This document shows, one piece after another, positions 12,827-27,290 of a stretch of DNA of 64,000 bases (within the stretch, counting starts at the first letter, position 1; the number at the start of each line of letters is the position of its first letter). The stretch comes from Trichoplax sp. H2 (Eukaryota). The position numbers and the translations under genes are program-made. The notes under the pieces are model-generated. The model worked only from the letters and a program-made list of their open reading frames with translations. It did not search any database and was not told the origin of the DNA. The DNA lies in assembly GCA_003344405.1 (NCBI GenBank), contig NOWV01000012.1, positions 620,001 to 684,000 of the forward strand, read 5' to 3'.

Positions 12827-15800
12827 ATGGCAGACGCTAAAGAGATTTTGGCTAATTTCGAGAAGGCTGCTATAGTAATGATGGTAAGGTCGAATGTCTA
12901 GGATAGGATAGGCTAATGTCGAGATAACACCGAGCGGTGAATCAATTCTTCAACATTGTCTTCTAAAACGCCTTAAAATATCCTTTGCTTTTATACACTG
13001 TAGAGTCCGCCTAATCAAGTTAGCGGGGAAGACTATCGAACTGCTGAAAAGATTTTCTTATCCTTTCGTAGAGCCAAACAGCCTTATTCAATCTGTAAAT
13101 ACATGTTAGGTACGAAAAGTATGAATTGAGGTGCCTTGTCTGACTCTTGCTTGTAAATTAATCAATACTGTATTGATACTATAGCACAGGAATGATGTGT
13201 ATAATGTACGAATATTAAAGAATCAATAGTAAAGAAAAGCTGTAGGAAAAAATTACCTACTCATAATGTAGTGTAGTAATGGCGTGCATAGCATGCGTAC
13301 ATGGAAAAGTTTATAGTTCAGAAAAGCTTTTAGAAATGAAATAACAGGTCTGACTCCCGTCTACTCTACTTACAATGATCGCATTAATATTACGTGTACA
13401 GTACAACGTACGTACCTACTCGTATATGCAAGAATCTACAGCTTAGAGAAATCGTAGAAAAAGATAGGGTACTTAGCATGTTAATGACGTCTATGCCATT
13501 TCCTTTACTCATAAGTAGTAATGATATACATATACTAGTAACATAGCAGTAATGACGTACACAGCATGTGTACATGGAAGAATTTGCAGTTCAGAAAAAC
13601 TTCAGAAATGAGTAGCAAGTCTGACTCCTGTGCACCATATAGTACTTTACTCATGGTTAGTGCAATAACTGCGTGTACAATATACGTATACTGAAGAATT
13701 GAAAGTTCAGAAAAGCCTTAGAACATAGGTAGTAGGCCTGACTGCTAGATACTACTATCCTTTACTCATAATAGAGTAGGTTGATTACATGTATAACGTA
13801 TATTCAAGAATCTACCTGTTACAATTATGATTTATTATTATTAACTTAAATCTATCAAACTTTTATTGGCTCAATGAATTCCTACGACTCTTAAAATCTA
13901 ACTTGTTTCTCTCATAGAAAACAGCAGCAATACCTATGTCCATTTTCAAGCTGCTAGTACTATAAAAGAAGCAATCGTTCGGGAATGGAAATTAATTAAT
14001 GAGAACGATAAAAATTCACTACGCGAATTCTTACTGAATTACGTTATTGGCCAATCTAGGTGAGAACTAAACATCTAATTGGACTCTTTATTGACGTCGA
14101 TACTAGCAATTGCTAGCTACATCATGCATATTCTTGTTATAGCTTCCGTTTATTATACGATATCTCAGTAGTCATCTTAAAATACTTGCAGCAATAATCT
14201 TCTAACTATGTAATATAGTAGTGATGTGTATAAAGTACCTATCTAGGTGTACGGTCTTATCCATGATAAAACAGCGGCAACATTTACATCCCAACTATAA
14301 ATAATTTGCAGCAATGTAACTGTATTCTACTACAGCATGTATATATATATATATATATACTGTACGTATAATAATTATTTAGTACGTAAACATTTGTAGC
14401 GCTTACAAAGAGACGTTTGTTTCAAAATTGAACCATCGTGAACTTGGAACAATTCTATATGACTACTATACACTGCTTTAAATTCATAAAGTTATAAAGT
14501 ATGCGATGATACAATACTGTACTATACTTTCTGGATACGAGGTCGAGTTATTTTAAAGTTATTCCTAATTCCAATTAAAATTATTGGAGATTATATTCTG
14601 ATTCTGCAATCTAACTATAGTTACTACTGTACAGTAGACCTACTACTTTATAAAATGTTCTTAAAATACTTAACTGAGGCTATCGTACTGATGTAACTGG
14701 TACTTAATGCATCAGTACGATAGTTTCAGCTAAGTATTCTAAGAACTTTTTATAAAGTGGTGGGTCTACTATACAATCTGGTTTCTGATTGTATGCTATA
14801 GTAGTTAAACTGAGACGTTACACATCATACGCTATAAAAGGATATTGCACAGGCCAATAAAATTCTTTAACTTATTTAAAATTTTTACTTTTTGTAGATG
14901 CCAAGATTATGTTCGAGAGCAAATTCTTTCCTGTGTTGCTATTATGTTTAAAAAGTCAGCAGTAACCGAATCTGGTATAAATGATCTTGATAACTTATTA
15001 TCCACTATCTATCAGTTAAAAAACAGCGATTCAAGTAGGGTGGTAAGTGATCAGGACTTACGTGACTGATAACGAAATCTGATGCATAACATCGCACTAT
15101 ATTACTCTCAAATAAGCATTTAGATAGCTGTTCCCTTATGGCCTCCATACTTAACGAATTTTGTGTCAATCAAAAATCAAGCAGATTAAGCGTAAGCTGG
15201 GAATTTCACATTAAAGCAAAGAAAAAATTCGAAGTATGCAACTGTTTTGAATTATGATGATATTGTTGTCTACCGTATTACTAAGTAGTTGCATTGCTAA
15301 TTTTTACTTGCAAAATCTTAATCTATAATATTCTCTTTCTAGTCTAGTGTCCTGAAAAAAATATGTATTATAACATTGGAAGGATTACAGTACTGCAGTC
15401 GCAACTTGAATCATGACACTAAAGTTATTGAAAAGTACTTAGAGTTATCTGAACAAGTTCTGACGTGGAACTTTAGCGACTTAAGCCGTATCTTTCCTAT
15501 TTACCTATAGCCGTTTATGAGGATAATGATTTACAGATATTCGAATTTTTCACAATTGGTATTGATATTGGCCTAAAGTTTTAAGTATTTTATATTTCGT
15601 AAACGTAAAAATGTTATAAAACCTTAATTAATTTATGTAGCTAATCGTCCTAAATTTGGCCAAGCGGACAACAATAAATTTGTTACCTTTAGACCTAGTC
15701 GTGATTGGGATGATATGATTTCGAATCAATCGACCATCAATTTATTTTTAGAGGTGAGATTTTTTCTTACTTTTGTCATTGGATGGTAGAAAATGTCATT

Positions 15801-18800
15801 AAAAAATCCTTTACACTGATGTTTATCAATTCTTTTCGCCACAGCTATATCAGAAATTGCGACAAGAATCACGCTTGTGTCATCTCACACTGTTGTGTAT
15901 TTCTCAGTTGATCTCTATATGCGGTGATGTATTTCCAAGTATTCAATCAAGAATGTCTTACAATACGTATCTGATAACTTCGTTGATCAAGGCACGAAAC
16001 AGGTAAAAGTTATGCAAATCATAAAATTCGTAACTGACATATAATAATATAAAATTGACCTATTCTTTACTGCAATGTAAAGGCAAATTTGTCATGGCGT
16101 TGAAGCTCAAGATTTAGCAGACGTTTTTAATCGGATAGTTATTGTCGATAAATTATTGGAACACGTACAAGATGAAGCCATATTCACTTTTATTGATGAC
16201 CTGTCTCATTTAACATGCGCTTGCCTGGAAAATTGTGTTAAAGAAGAAATGGTAAATATAAAGTAACTAACACTGTCAACTTGTCAAACTTATTCGTAGA
16301 TAATGCCCTTTTTTTTTACCTATACTACATGTGGTTAAATTCCTGAATTTATAATTGAAAGCTTAATTATTTTGATACGTAAATTATAGACTGACTCCAA
16401 TAAGACTGGTGTCTTTTCGTAATGTAGTATGTTTCATGATTTAGCTAGTGCATCATTTACCTCATTATTAGTTGTAATATCCGACTTTGTGTGACTACTG
16501 ATCAAATTAATCGTGCGATAATTAATGTAAATAACGCATTATACACTCTTCGCTTATGCAATATTGCTTGTTGTAATTTATAATTGACTTGCCAACTTAC
16601 GAAATTTATGCTAAAATATTTTCTTATATTTATTTAAAATTAACAATTTTTAGGAATATATAGAAGAAACATATTTTTCTTATGCTTGTGACCAGTTGTT
16701 AGAATGCTGGTTTTCCATCGTTAGTGAAGATACTGCAAAATTTGACGTCAATCGTATCTCTCTAAATGCTATTGCAATATTTGAGTGTTATCTGAAATGT
16801 CACCTAAGTGAAGGCCGAAAATCTATCTGCGCTACCCTTACTGGCCATGATGCCGAACTTGAAATTGATGAATTAGATGAAGATGACCGAGTTTCATACG
16901 GTGAACAATTATTAAATATCGGCATACTTGGAAGATCGGTTCTATCCCTCTCGTTACCCTTACTATCGCAGTTATTGGAAAATACGATATTAACTTTAAG
17001 ACAATACGTATCACGTCCACTTTCCGCCGGAATTGGTAACACTATTGAGTTAATTAAATCTTTCATTTTCAATATACAGTATACTGATAGTATAGCAAGC
17101 ATTTAATTAAAATATTATTATTTATATTAAACAGACCACAATGCTCTTATGGATGATATCCACTGGTTAATATTAATTGCTGGTAGTGTCCTGACAGATG
17201 AAAATAAACTTGAAGTACCTTTGATACCTTCCGCGATATTACGCTACTCAGATAATATACCTAACTCTGACAATTACGCTAACCTAGTTAAGCTTTTATC
17301 TCACATCTGTTGTAATGATTCCAGAAGTATAGATGACAACATGGTACAACTATTGCATGTAGAAGGTAAATACGTTAATATAGTTTCAACTATTTTCGAT
17401 ACCAGTTCGTTTACTTTTTTACTACTTAATCAACACTGCCTTTATAGCAATTTATAACGTATACGATGCATGTTGAATTACTGTATTAATATCGTGGATT
17501 TTTTTATCTACTTAGGGATCAATCATGTATTCGTGATAGTTTTTTTAATGTTATTCATTTCTCGAATTGAACAAGAAGTATTACAATCAGCTACAGCTGA
17601 TTCTCTGAGCCCTCAAGTTGGAAAAACGATTGTTTGGTTTTTGACACGATGGAGTCAGGCTTATTTATTACCGATGGAGAATCGCTATGATCACATCAGT
17701 TTGTCTTTAATTTTGACGTTTGGTCAAGACTGTGATCTTGGCACACAAACTGTCAAATTTCTTATTAGAAAAGTAATGTCCAATTTAACGTTTTGGAGCT
17801 CGGAAAACGATGTCGCTATAGAATCTATTAATTTGTTATCTACTGTTGTAGATAATAAAGCTAGGTATTTTTCCATAATTTTACGATTTGGTCGCGAATT
17901 TTAGCTAGAAACTAACAAGCTTTTCATATAGATGCCATATCGCAGTTTCTTGCGAGGATCTTTGGAATTTGGCAGTACAACAAGCTGGTAACACCAATTT
18001 ATCTACTAAAAAGTTATCTGGGGCTGCTCAAAAACAGTTAGCGTGTGCTTTAATAAAAGCTGGCTCTTGCGTAGATGATAATGATGCTAGAAATCGATTT
18101 TGGAGCAACGTATGCAATATAAGAGATTAGTAATAATTACAAACTTCATATTATAATATTATCTGCTGCTTTATACAAATATTATTATTATTAATGGAAT
18201 AAATCTACCGTCTGCATTCGTAATTCATTTACTTCTTTTTTAGGTTTTACAACCGCTAAAAAGTCGATTTTTAGCTGCGCTACAAGGGCCACTGCTGGCT
18301 AAAATGATACAGGATTCGGCTCTTAGGGATGAATTATGCAATACTATCGATTGCTGTTCTGGTGTTGCTCTTGCAACAACTGCATCATCAGTATCAGCTC
18401 TATTTTCATATTTGCTGGGTATTTTACATGATTGTGTACCGCTCCTACAACATTTTTCCAATTTTCCTGATATGGTAGAAACGATCCTTGAGTTTTTCGT
18501 AAGCACAACTAAGTCGCAGATTGCTTACCTAAATCAGGTATTCTATACTAGTGAAGAGTTATGATCAGAATTAAATTTCATTGATTGAGATAACCTTATA
18601 TCCTACTTTTCGTGGTTTTCTCATTAGAGGGAAACAAATGAACTTTTTAAATTATGCTTGGCCATAATTCAGACATATGCTAAATGTAGTATAGGTATGG
18701 ATTTTAATAAATAATATGTAAAATATTAAGGTTCTCACAATTAATGTAATGTAATTTGAATCAACACTGGCAGGGAGATTTAACGACACAGTACTAGCTG

Positions 18801-20356
18801 AAGAAGAAAAATTTACGGATTTGTGTCTAATATTACAACTTTTATCGCACGTTACCTCGAAAGATTATCTTGATTTTTCAAAAACTGGTATGTATCTTGC
18901 TTCATTAATTACATTAAATTTACAATCTCTTTTTCGTATTAAATGTTATTTACTGAATTAACTGATGTAAATACAGAGATTAAAGTTGATGCAGGACAAG
19001 ATGATGCTATATCTGTTATTGATGTAGTTTTAAGTGGTTTAAATTTTATTATACCACTTATGAACGAAAATCTATTAAAGGTATGATAATGCGTATGACG
19101 TATATATTTTTTATAGATCATTATTTTCAAACTTTCTTTACGTATATTTACTAGCTCATCAATACCTAATGTTCTACTTTCTCAATTTTGGAATAAGATT
19201 CCAGATTTATGTTTGCAGTACTTTAAGTTGGTCTCGTTTCACTGCGAAATTCATCCTGGAAAATTAGTCGACATTCCACAAAATTTATCGAATTCGTTAA
19301 TGGTATCTCTTGATATGGGTTTGCGCAGGTTAGATGAATACTAGCAATAGATCTGTCATTATTAACACAGATCGTAATTGATAATCCCTATTATCAATTT
19401 GTAGAAGAAAGATATTTTATTTTATAAAAAATTTCATGTAACACACCAGACAACTTGTGTAAATTTTGCACGTTAGTGTTACAGTAAATCACAAGCATCT
19501 TCCAAATCTGTAATAGAAGCTAGAACCTAATCACGCCTTCACCGATGTGGATATATATTTCCAATGCTGCTTTTAGTAACTATGCTTACCTGCACAACCC
19601 TATTGCTACATGGAAAGCTAACATAGCGTTTAACGAAAATTTGCGTTCTTACGATATTATCAATCTAATTATTTAGATTTGGTAGTGAGGTCAGCAAATT
19701 AGCTTTGGAGTCTATTACGGGATTAGCTACATTCGTGTATGGAAAAAAATGCAATAAAGAGCGAAATAGTCTAATGATCGGTATCGAAGTGTTTATGAAG
19801 GTAATTTCCTGGAAAATTACTTAATTGAACCATATTCGTAGTGTGTTAACTATGGCGTAATCCAGTTCTCAAGTTCATATTTTTCCTATTATTTAGAATA
19901 GTGTTGACTGATTACAACTATTGTTGTTTGTATTTTCCATAATGATAGTCAATTTTAGACGTTGTATTTTCCGAAGATTTTGATATGGATTTACTACAAC
20001 CAACGTCTGAAGCCCTTTATTGCATTATCTGTTGTCATCCGGTAGATATCATATCTAAAATATAATAACGCTACTTTATTCTGATGTTAACCTTAAAATG
20101 TCTCTGTTTCTTGGTTTTTTCTACCTTTTTATAAATATCATAAATTTGAATACTATAGGAGGCTTACAAGAACTTAATTGGTAGCTTTTTGTTAACGCAA
20201 AGCGACACCGAATTACGTGACTACCTCGCAGAATGTTTTAACAAGTTGACTCCTCCTTCCTTGTCGATGAGAATGGAACGACCTAGTAAATTACAGTTTC
20301 GGAAAAATCTTGGTGCTTTTTTGGCCGATGCCAAGGGTTCCATTTGTTACCGATAA
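12827..20356 (+). CDS. XPO4: Exportin-4 (multi-exon)
   Basis: ATG at 12827 gives MADAKEILANFEKAAIVMM. Further exons give AEKIFLSFRRAKQPYSICKYML, YVHFQAASTIKEAIVREW, YVREQIL, DIHWLILIAG, LSPQVGKTIVWFLTRWSQAYLL and the C-terminus ...LADAKGSICYR with stop at 20356. Order matches XPO4. Confidence 0.95.
13190..13820. repeat. Degenerate ~125-bp tandem repeat in XPO4 intron 2
   Basis: Recurring blocks (c)tttactcat, gtacatggaa, agttcagaaaa and gtctgactcc; roughly five diverged copies. Boundaries are approximate. Confidence 0.6.
14632..14771. mobile_element. 140-bp Tc1/mariner(pogo)-type MITE in an XPO4 intron
   Basis: TA|CAGTAGACCTACTACTTTATAAAA...TTTTATAAAGTGGTGGGTCTACTA|TA is almost entirely an inverted repeat, with a CAG terminus and TA on both sides. 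Confidence 0.78.
15488..15640 (+). other. U12-type (minor spliceosome) GT-AG intron in XPO4
   Basis: 5' splice site GTATCTTTCC; branch-site-like ACCTTAAT at 15621-15628, 12 nt before the end of the intron; no real polypyrimidine tract. Splicing keeps the frame (TWNFSDLS-PNRPKF). Confidence 0.75.
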
Positions 20357-21756
20357 AAACTCTCAGGACGATTCATTTCTTTCGCTAATTGGATTGCTCG
20401 TATAGCATGAGAGATGCTCGTCATTTTTCTATTTCTTTAAGTGCCACTTCGATATATAATAAGAGATTTTGTAAATTATTCAATTAATGGTATCCAATAG
20501 CTACTTTATGTCAAGTTTTTATTAGTGAATAATGATAACATGTATGAAATACATGTAGAAAATTTACAGAATGTTATCATAAATAATTACAGTGACTCTG
20601 ATAAATTCTTCGAATTAGACCTATTCCATCCGGTTAGCTTGAAAAAGTTTGATGCACTACTTGAATAATTACTATTTGACGAAAAATATGCTAATATTTA
20701 TCTTTTCAAAACATTTAGCTATATTGAATTGAATTTTGATCTCTATATATAAAACTACTGTACAATTTATTAACTATATATTTTCTAGTGACTATCTCAT
20801 TTTTATACTCTTTGAACTTAATATAAGATAAGATTTGATATTTGTTATTTTATGACTTAGCAAATGGAACTATTTTTCTCTTTTAAGAGATATTTCTAAG
20901 AAAATTGACAATACTCGTATATGTGACTTGGATGACTTGCTTTAGTATCATTGTAGTGGAAGTGCTGATCTACATAATATATCCTTTCGTAATAATAATA
21001 CAATTAATTACTTATTGATCACATTAGATACCAAAGCGATACTCATAACTGCGCTTTTATTCTTAGGCACTAATTTTTGATTATTATATACGCGTATATG
21101 TGCATAATAAATTGATACCTAACCATCAAAGCTGGTTTATTGAACGTGTATAATTGTTGTTCATTTTATTATTACACTGCAGAGATTAATCGGATATAGT
21201 AGCAAGTTCTGAATTAATCTAGTCCGATCTATTGAAGTCAAACGTTCGTAGTTCTAGTAGAATGTGATAGACGTGTTCAGCGTTGCAGTCAGCCGGATGC
21301 GGTACAATAATATGTTGTGTATCGGTATCTTGAGGATGTACTAACAATTGTGTAAGCTCGAACTAGCATAGGAGATAGGAAATTGCACCATACACATGCA
21401 GCCAAGAGAGATCCTTGGTATAGCGTAGTAAGCTGATTATATATAATTATTTAAACAAACGGCAGCAAACCATGGACTACTAGAATAACAGAAAAATATA
21501 GTCTGTCTTTTAAGTTACCTTCTTTAGCAAATTTATTATTTCAATACACGTTTCCTTCAGCTACTGTAATACATACTTGAGCTCGATTATTTTTAGACGG
21601 TTACTGTATATAGACCTAACTTTAATGGGTATTCTACCGTACGACTTACAGTATATTAACTATTGACGCATTAAAGCATCTCGAGAAGGATTTTGCCCAT
21701 CTGAAAACGAAATAAATGCACCGTACAGGACTATACTGTACACTACAGTACCGCGA

Positions 21757-21817
21757 GCGCATGCGCAGTCACTGTACTGTACTTTAACGGCCCGCCCCGG
21801 TATTAGCCCGATGACGT
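21757..21817. promoter_or_regulatory. Promoter-like motif cluster (NRF1-type GCGCATGCGC, GC box, CRE half-site)
   Basis: GCGCATGCGC at 21757-21766, GGCCCGCCCC at 21789-21798 and TGACGT at 21812-21817 form a GC-rich island in AT-rich DNA. Confidence 0.45.
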
Positions 21818-24800
21818 ACTGTATACTGTACTGTACTGTACGTCTGTACGAGTGTATATATATACAGTACTGTACTACTCTGCACATTCTGCAGCCACAG
21901 GAAACATGTAGACGCTGATGCCTCATGGCAGCTTCTCATGGCCGCTTTGCTTTTTCACAGTACCGCTAATCTTTGCCGATAAATGACCTCCAATCCAGTA
22001 TCCAGATTGAATTATTGGATATACGAGCAATTAATGAAGACATCAAGGACAACTTTATGAAATACTGTACACAATCATGATAATTACTTGCTGGAGCTGC
22101 CATCGTAGTAGACATCGTCAAAGTGATCAAAGCATGGTCACCGACCTGGCACAGAAACGTTAAAGGCGTCGTCGTCGATCGATTCAAATTCCACGATTGG
22201 TTGTATTTTTTCTCGACATCTCAAGAAATGATAATCGTGGATTACTTCTGAAATGGTATTATACAACAGTACTAACTGTAGAATAAGCATACGATAAATT
22301 AGAATTTTGCTACAACTGTAGTGACGTCAAATTGCAATATATCTCATTGATGTATGTATATGTTAAGCTAAAGACTAATACAATAAGATTAATTTGTGAT
22401 TTCGTATGTAGATGAGTAGACTGCTTGATTGATGGCGTTGTACGAGTAGCACTAACAGATTTTGTTAGAAATTGTTTACCGCTTGGGTGATCGGATGATG
22501 AGTACAGCACAGACGGGCGGGCTGAAACAATCTTATGTTGAGTTTTATTCTGTGCACTGACTTAACATCACCCAATTCAGTCTATTAGCTACTAATGTAG
22601 TACTACTGTACACTGTATAGTATACTATGATTGGGAGTGACAGTTCAGCATGCGGAAATTGTAAATGTAGATCCATGTCGTAATCAATGCTGTACTAGTA
22701 ACCTTTTAACATGTAGAAATAAGGACGTTACTAATGGTAATGTGATGCATTTTTTCCTTCACAAGGTTAAAAGAATCAAACTCCAAGAATCTATTCCCTA
22801 GCTGTATCTAGGAGGCAGCTATGAAATCGAATAAGTTCTTTTCTACCACGTCAATCCAAGTTTTCAATCATCAGGTGCTATATTGCTTAAATTGAGAGAA
22901 TTAATTAAAGTATCCAAAATGCCAGATGTACAGTACTTGATTCAACTCTACTATGTCTACGATCTAGCAGGATTAGTAATTACTTGGCTGATACAATTAC
23001 CTTATAAGACTATATTCGTAAGAGCAGTTGAGGTAGGTAGATCAATTTTTAGCCGATCATTCTATCCAACTGCTTAACGGTAACAAAGTACTTTAGCTAA
23101 ACTTAACAATTTTTAGCTTAGTGTTTACGATATACTCACGTTAAGAATTTTTCAAATTATTGATATATGATTACGTTGTACTACAGTATATCGAAAATAT
23201 CGTCTCTTTGATGAGATCATCCTTGCGCACTTAGCATTAGCTCAAATATGATCTAATGTGACGATTGTTAGGGAGCATGTGTAACGAAGGCTCCAATGGA
23301 GCTCGTTCACATAGCCTGAGAGATGCTTGAATACAGTGGATTGAAATATAAAATTTTTCTTAAAGTATAACTTATGTAGTCAGCTTAGACTTATCTGTCT
23401 CTAAGAGAAGATACTACAGTTTACAGTAACATATAGATGATGCAATGCATTCATAAGTAAACGATTAACGATCGTATATAGATTTTTGACTGTGTGATTT
23501 TATGATTATGAAAGAGATTTAAAATTAAACTAATAATTAAGCAGTAGTACTGATTGCTATACTATTCTAAAGACTTGCTTTTCTTAGCAGATAACATCCG
23601 GAACTGATCAACGACATCATAGACTGGTAGCATACGATTTACCATCTGGTCTTTTTTACAACTAATGTTATACAAGAGAATATTTAAGTAAATTTTCCGC
23701 TTTTTAAAATGCCGTTTACTTCCAAATGGAAATACCAATCTCTAATTTTCTTCCATAGTACTTTCTACCCAGGTTAGAACTATTTACGCGTATGAGTGGA
23801 CTATAAAAATGATAATTAGACCATGTTGGAATGAATATAGAATCGTTATTGTCACAATCCTTGCACAATTTCGTCCTCGCTTACATGTAAATTCAGCCTA
23901 TATGTTGTAAATATGACTCTAGGTATTACATATACTTTTGAGTGTATCATTTATTAAGGAATCTAAATCCAAGTTAGGGATAAAACAACAAATAAACATT
24001 ATAAATTGTTACCATAGCAGAGCTTGATGAGAATTTATTGAGCAATAATAAAATATCATAAATTGTACTGTATTGTATATCGAACTTGACTATGTTAAGA
24101 AATGAATCAATGAAAACTTAGAATGATTAAGAAACAAATAGCATTTAACCTGTTTTAACTAGTTCACGACAGGCAGCATACATATGTAATAATTGTACGA
24201 TAGAAGATCTCTGTTCTTGCACACTTATCGTATCAATGGTATAGAGATAAGTCTAAGACTGTATTGTTAACTGACGTCCAAAATCACGACTACATATTAT
24301 GTTACCAATAATGTACCAATATGTATGAAATCAAAGTAATGTATAAAATAAAATTTCAAAGCATCCACGTTCTACTAGGTACCTCACGAATGCAGTGTAC
24401 TGTAGATATACGATCCTGTATACTTATGCTGCCGTCGGAGGTCGACTTTATAAATAGGCAGTATTTATAATGTGCTGCACTGTGCTTACTGAACTTTATT
24501 AGCTGTTACGCACATTTTGATAATTATGTATAATCATCGTTGAGATACTGATTCAATAAACTTAGTTTCACGATAATGATATCTATTCTTTGATTATGAT
24601 ATTGGAACGTTATTTGCGTGGAAAAACTTGCTCGACAATCAATCGACTTTAGTAAACTACCACTGTTTAAGTTATACAAGCATGCGCATAGTTTATTTTC
24701 CCGCGATAAAGTTAATAGTAATCACGTTAAATACTGAGCTTTTATAGCGAAACCACTATGTAATATGTACATTGACCGTAAACATAGTTACCTATACTCT

Positions 24801-25890
24801 TATGTAATACGAATTGATTCGTAAACTAGAAGTTAGCTTTGCAAATCAATAATGCTGCTGTACGAGTATTTCAATCAATATCAACGAACTACTAGTAATG
24901 ATATTTAGTTACATTAAAAAGATTGAGATACTGCAGATAGATAGTACAGTATAAGATTCAATCATTTATTAAAGGTTAGAAATTAGTAATCATTTTCAAC
25001 CTAGATAAATCAAGGTCTTTGTTAAGCAGTGACAAGGCGCAAAATCTACATCTTATACAAAAAATCTGCAAGCCTTTTTGAACAATTCTTGTAAAAGTTC
25101 TGTTTTTCTATACCTGATAGATTTACAGAACGCTAATTGCAATTGTTATAACTACTATAAATTTGACCTTGAAAATAGCGATCGAAGTCGTCCAATCATT
25201 CTATACATGTAGTAAATATTAACATACAATTAAATATAATTTCAGAAATTTAAATTTTACAGGATTAATTATGTAGCGGTGAATCACTAAAAAATAATTT
25301 AATCATGTACACCCAGAAGTAGTAGCAATTACTCCTACACTCCGCATATGGCGTACAATTCGACTTGCCATCTTGATGGAACAATTATAGCGTTATTTTT
25401 TTTAATGTCTATCCTAAAAGGTATAGCAATGGTACCATTCTATTAGTAAAACAGATAGCTATAATATTTCTTAGCACATGCCAAGAAAATCAGTAAATAG
25501 GATCGCATCAATATAGCTGCTATTGTCTTATTGTTAGGGGCCAGCTTTTATTCAACCTCCAGCGACCTCAAGAAAGTTTGTATAACAATAATCCTGATAG
25601 CTATCAGGTCTTCCATATATATATATATCAATGCAGTAGGATACAAAGCTATTACAGTGATACATATATGTTTCTACTGTACTGTAGGCAAAACTAACTG
25701 GTTACGATATTTATAATTACGTGTCATACATATTACAATAGCATTTCTGCAATGACATTTTACCGTAAAAGGATAAATTTTTGTATTCTGGTTTATGCTA
25801 CGATGCTACTCTAACAGCTATCCCTATGCAGGTGCAGTATGTGTATGTCATCGGTATGATGGTTAATCATGAAGAAGTTGAAACTTTGTA

Positions 25891-27290
25891 TTAACAATTT
25901 GGTACGTAAGCAGGAGGTAGACCGGTAGGCTTCGATTCCATAGATTGTAGCGAGGGATAAAGGTTAAGAGGAGGCTGGGTAGAAGCGGCGTTGTCATCAA
26001 TAGGTACTTTCTTGATGTCAGTACTTGATTCTGTCTGATATAAAGTGCCAGTGGCATTGGAAGATTGATTCTTTTCTTCGATGACAACCGCTAGCAAATT
26101 TTGACGCTCACGCATAGCTTCGTTAACTTCACGAACCAAATAGGGCATGCGGATAATATCGATTAAAAATCCAAACGAAAACAAGCCAAATGTAATCGAG
26201 TAGATTGTTCCCCAAAGTGGTCTTCCTAAATAGAAGTGCTGCAAACCCAACATTCCGAACGGGAATGTCAAAATGTAAGCGTCGTCTAACTTTTTTTCGG
26301 GGCTAGGATTTTCATCATTTGCCCTTTTGACTAGTATTGGCATACGGAAAAAATCCACTAGCCAACCAACTCCTCCCATGCCAAAGGTGCATAAATAGGC
26401 AATTCCAAAAAAAGTGTCACCCAAGTAGAAATGATGAGCACCTAAAATTCCCAACACCCAGGTAAGATAAGCATCATCTAAATGTTTAATTTGCTTTTTA
26501 TGAATAGCTTCGGGGCATTTTTCTAGCTCGATTGCTCGCTCGTTGGCATCTGCCACTAATTTAGGCATTCTAAAAATATCATAAAGCCAGCCAATTCCAA
26601 ACATGCCGCAGGTGAAAGAATATGCGGTTCCGAATCCTTTCCTGTAGGCAGAAAAATCAGAAAGAAGTATCTTATCAGTTTCAAGATCCATAATGTCATT
26701 TATAATTTCTAGTAGACAATGTTAGTGACTAGTACTATTTTAATTTAAATTAAATTATCGATGATATCGTAAAACGAAATAGTGGACTGCGTTTGATTAT
26801 ACACATGATGATAAAGGTATGCAGATAAAGTTTCGTTAGAGCATGTCTTTTTCAACTACGATTGCGTAAGCTTTATGAAAAGGTAGGATGAAATTTATCC
26901 ATATCATAGAAACTGTTCTTACCTTCCTAAATAGAACTGATGTAGTCCAAAACATATACCCGCAGGGCCTAAACAAAGTATGTAAGCATCAGCCAGGTTA
27001 TAAATTTTTCGAGATGATGGATTAGCGCGGCAATCATTGACTTTCTCCACCAGATTAGACATAAAAACGAGATCGTATAACCATCCAAGACCAAAGAATC
27101 CTCCTGAAAATAAATACGCTACTCCAATTAAGGATTGACCCAAGTAGAATCGATGCGCGCCAATCAATCCAAGTGGAAATGCCCACAAATAAGCACAAAT
27201 AAGCGATTTACGGCGAATTGGTAAGACCTGGTCGTGTTGTTTATCTTGATCATATAGGTGATTTTTTAATTCGATCTCCTTCTTCGACAT
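25891..27290 (-). CDS. 4xTM2-domain membrane protein, paralog A (exons 26923-27290, 25891-26641; 372 aa)
   Basis: Four repeats of AY-x(6-10)-G-x-Hx/QH-FYLG...G..GWL.D...M..LV...N. Phase-2 GT-AG intron in YLG-R. Tail contains LYPSL and LPPAY. Confidence 0.9.
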
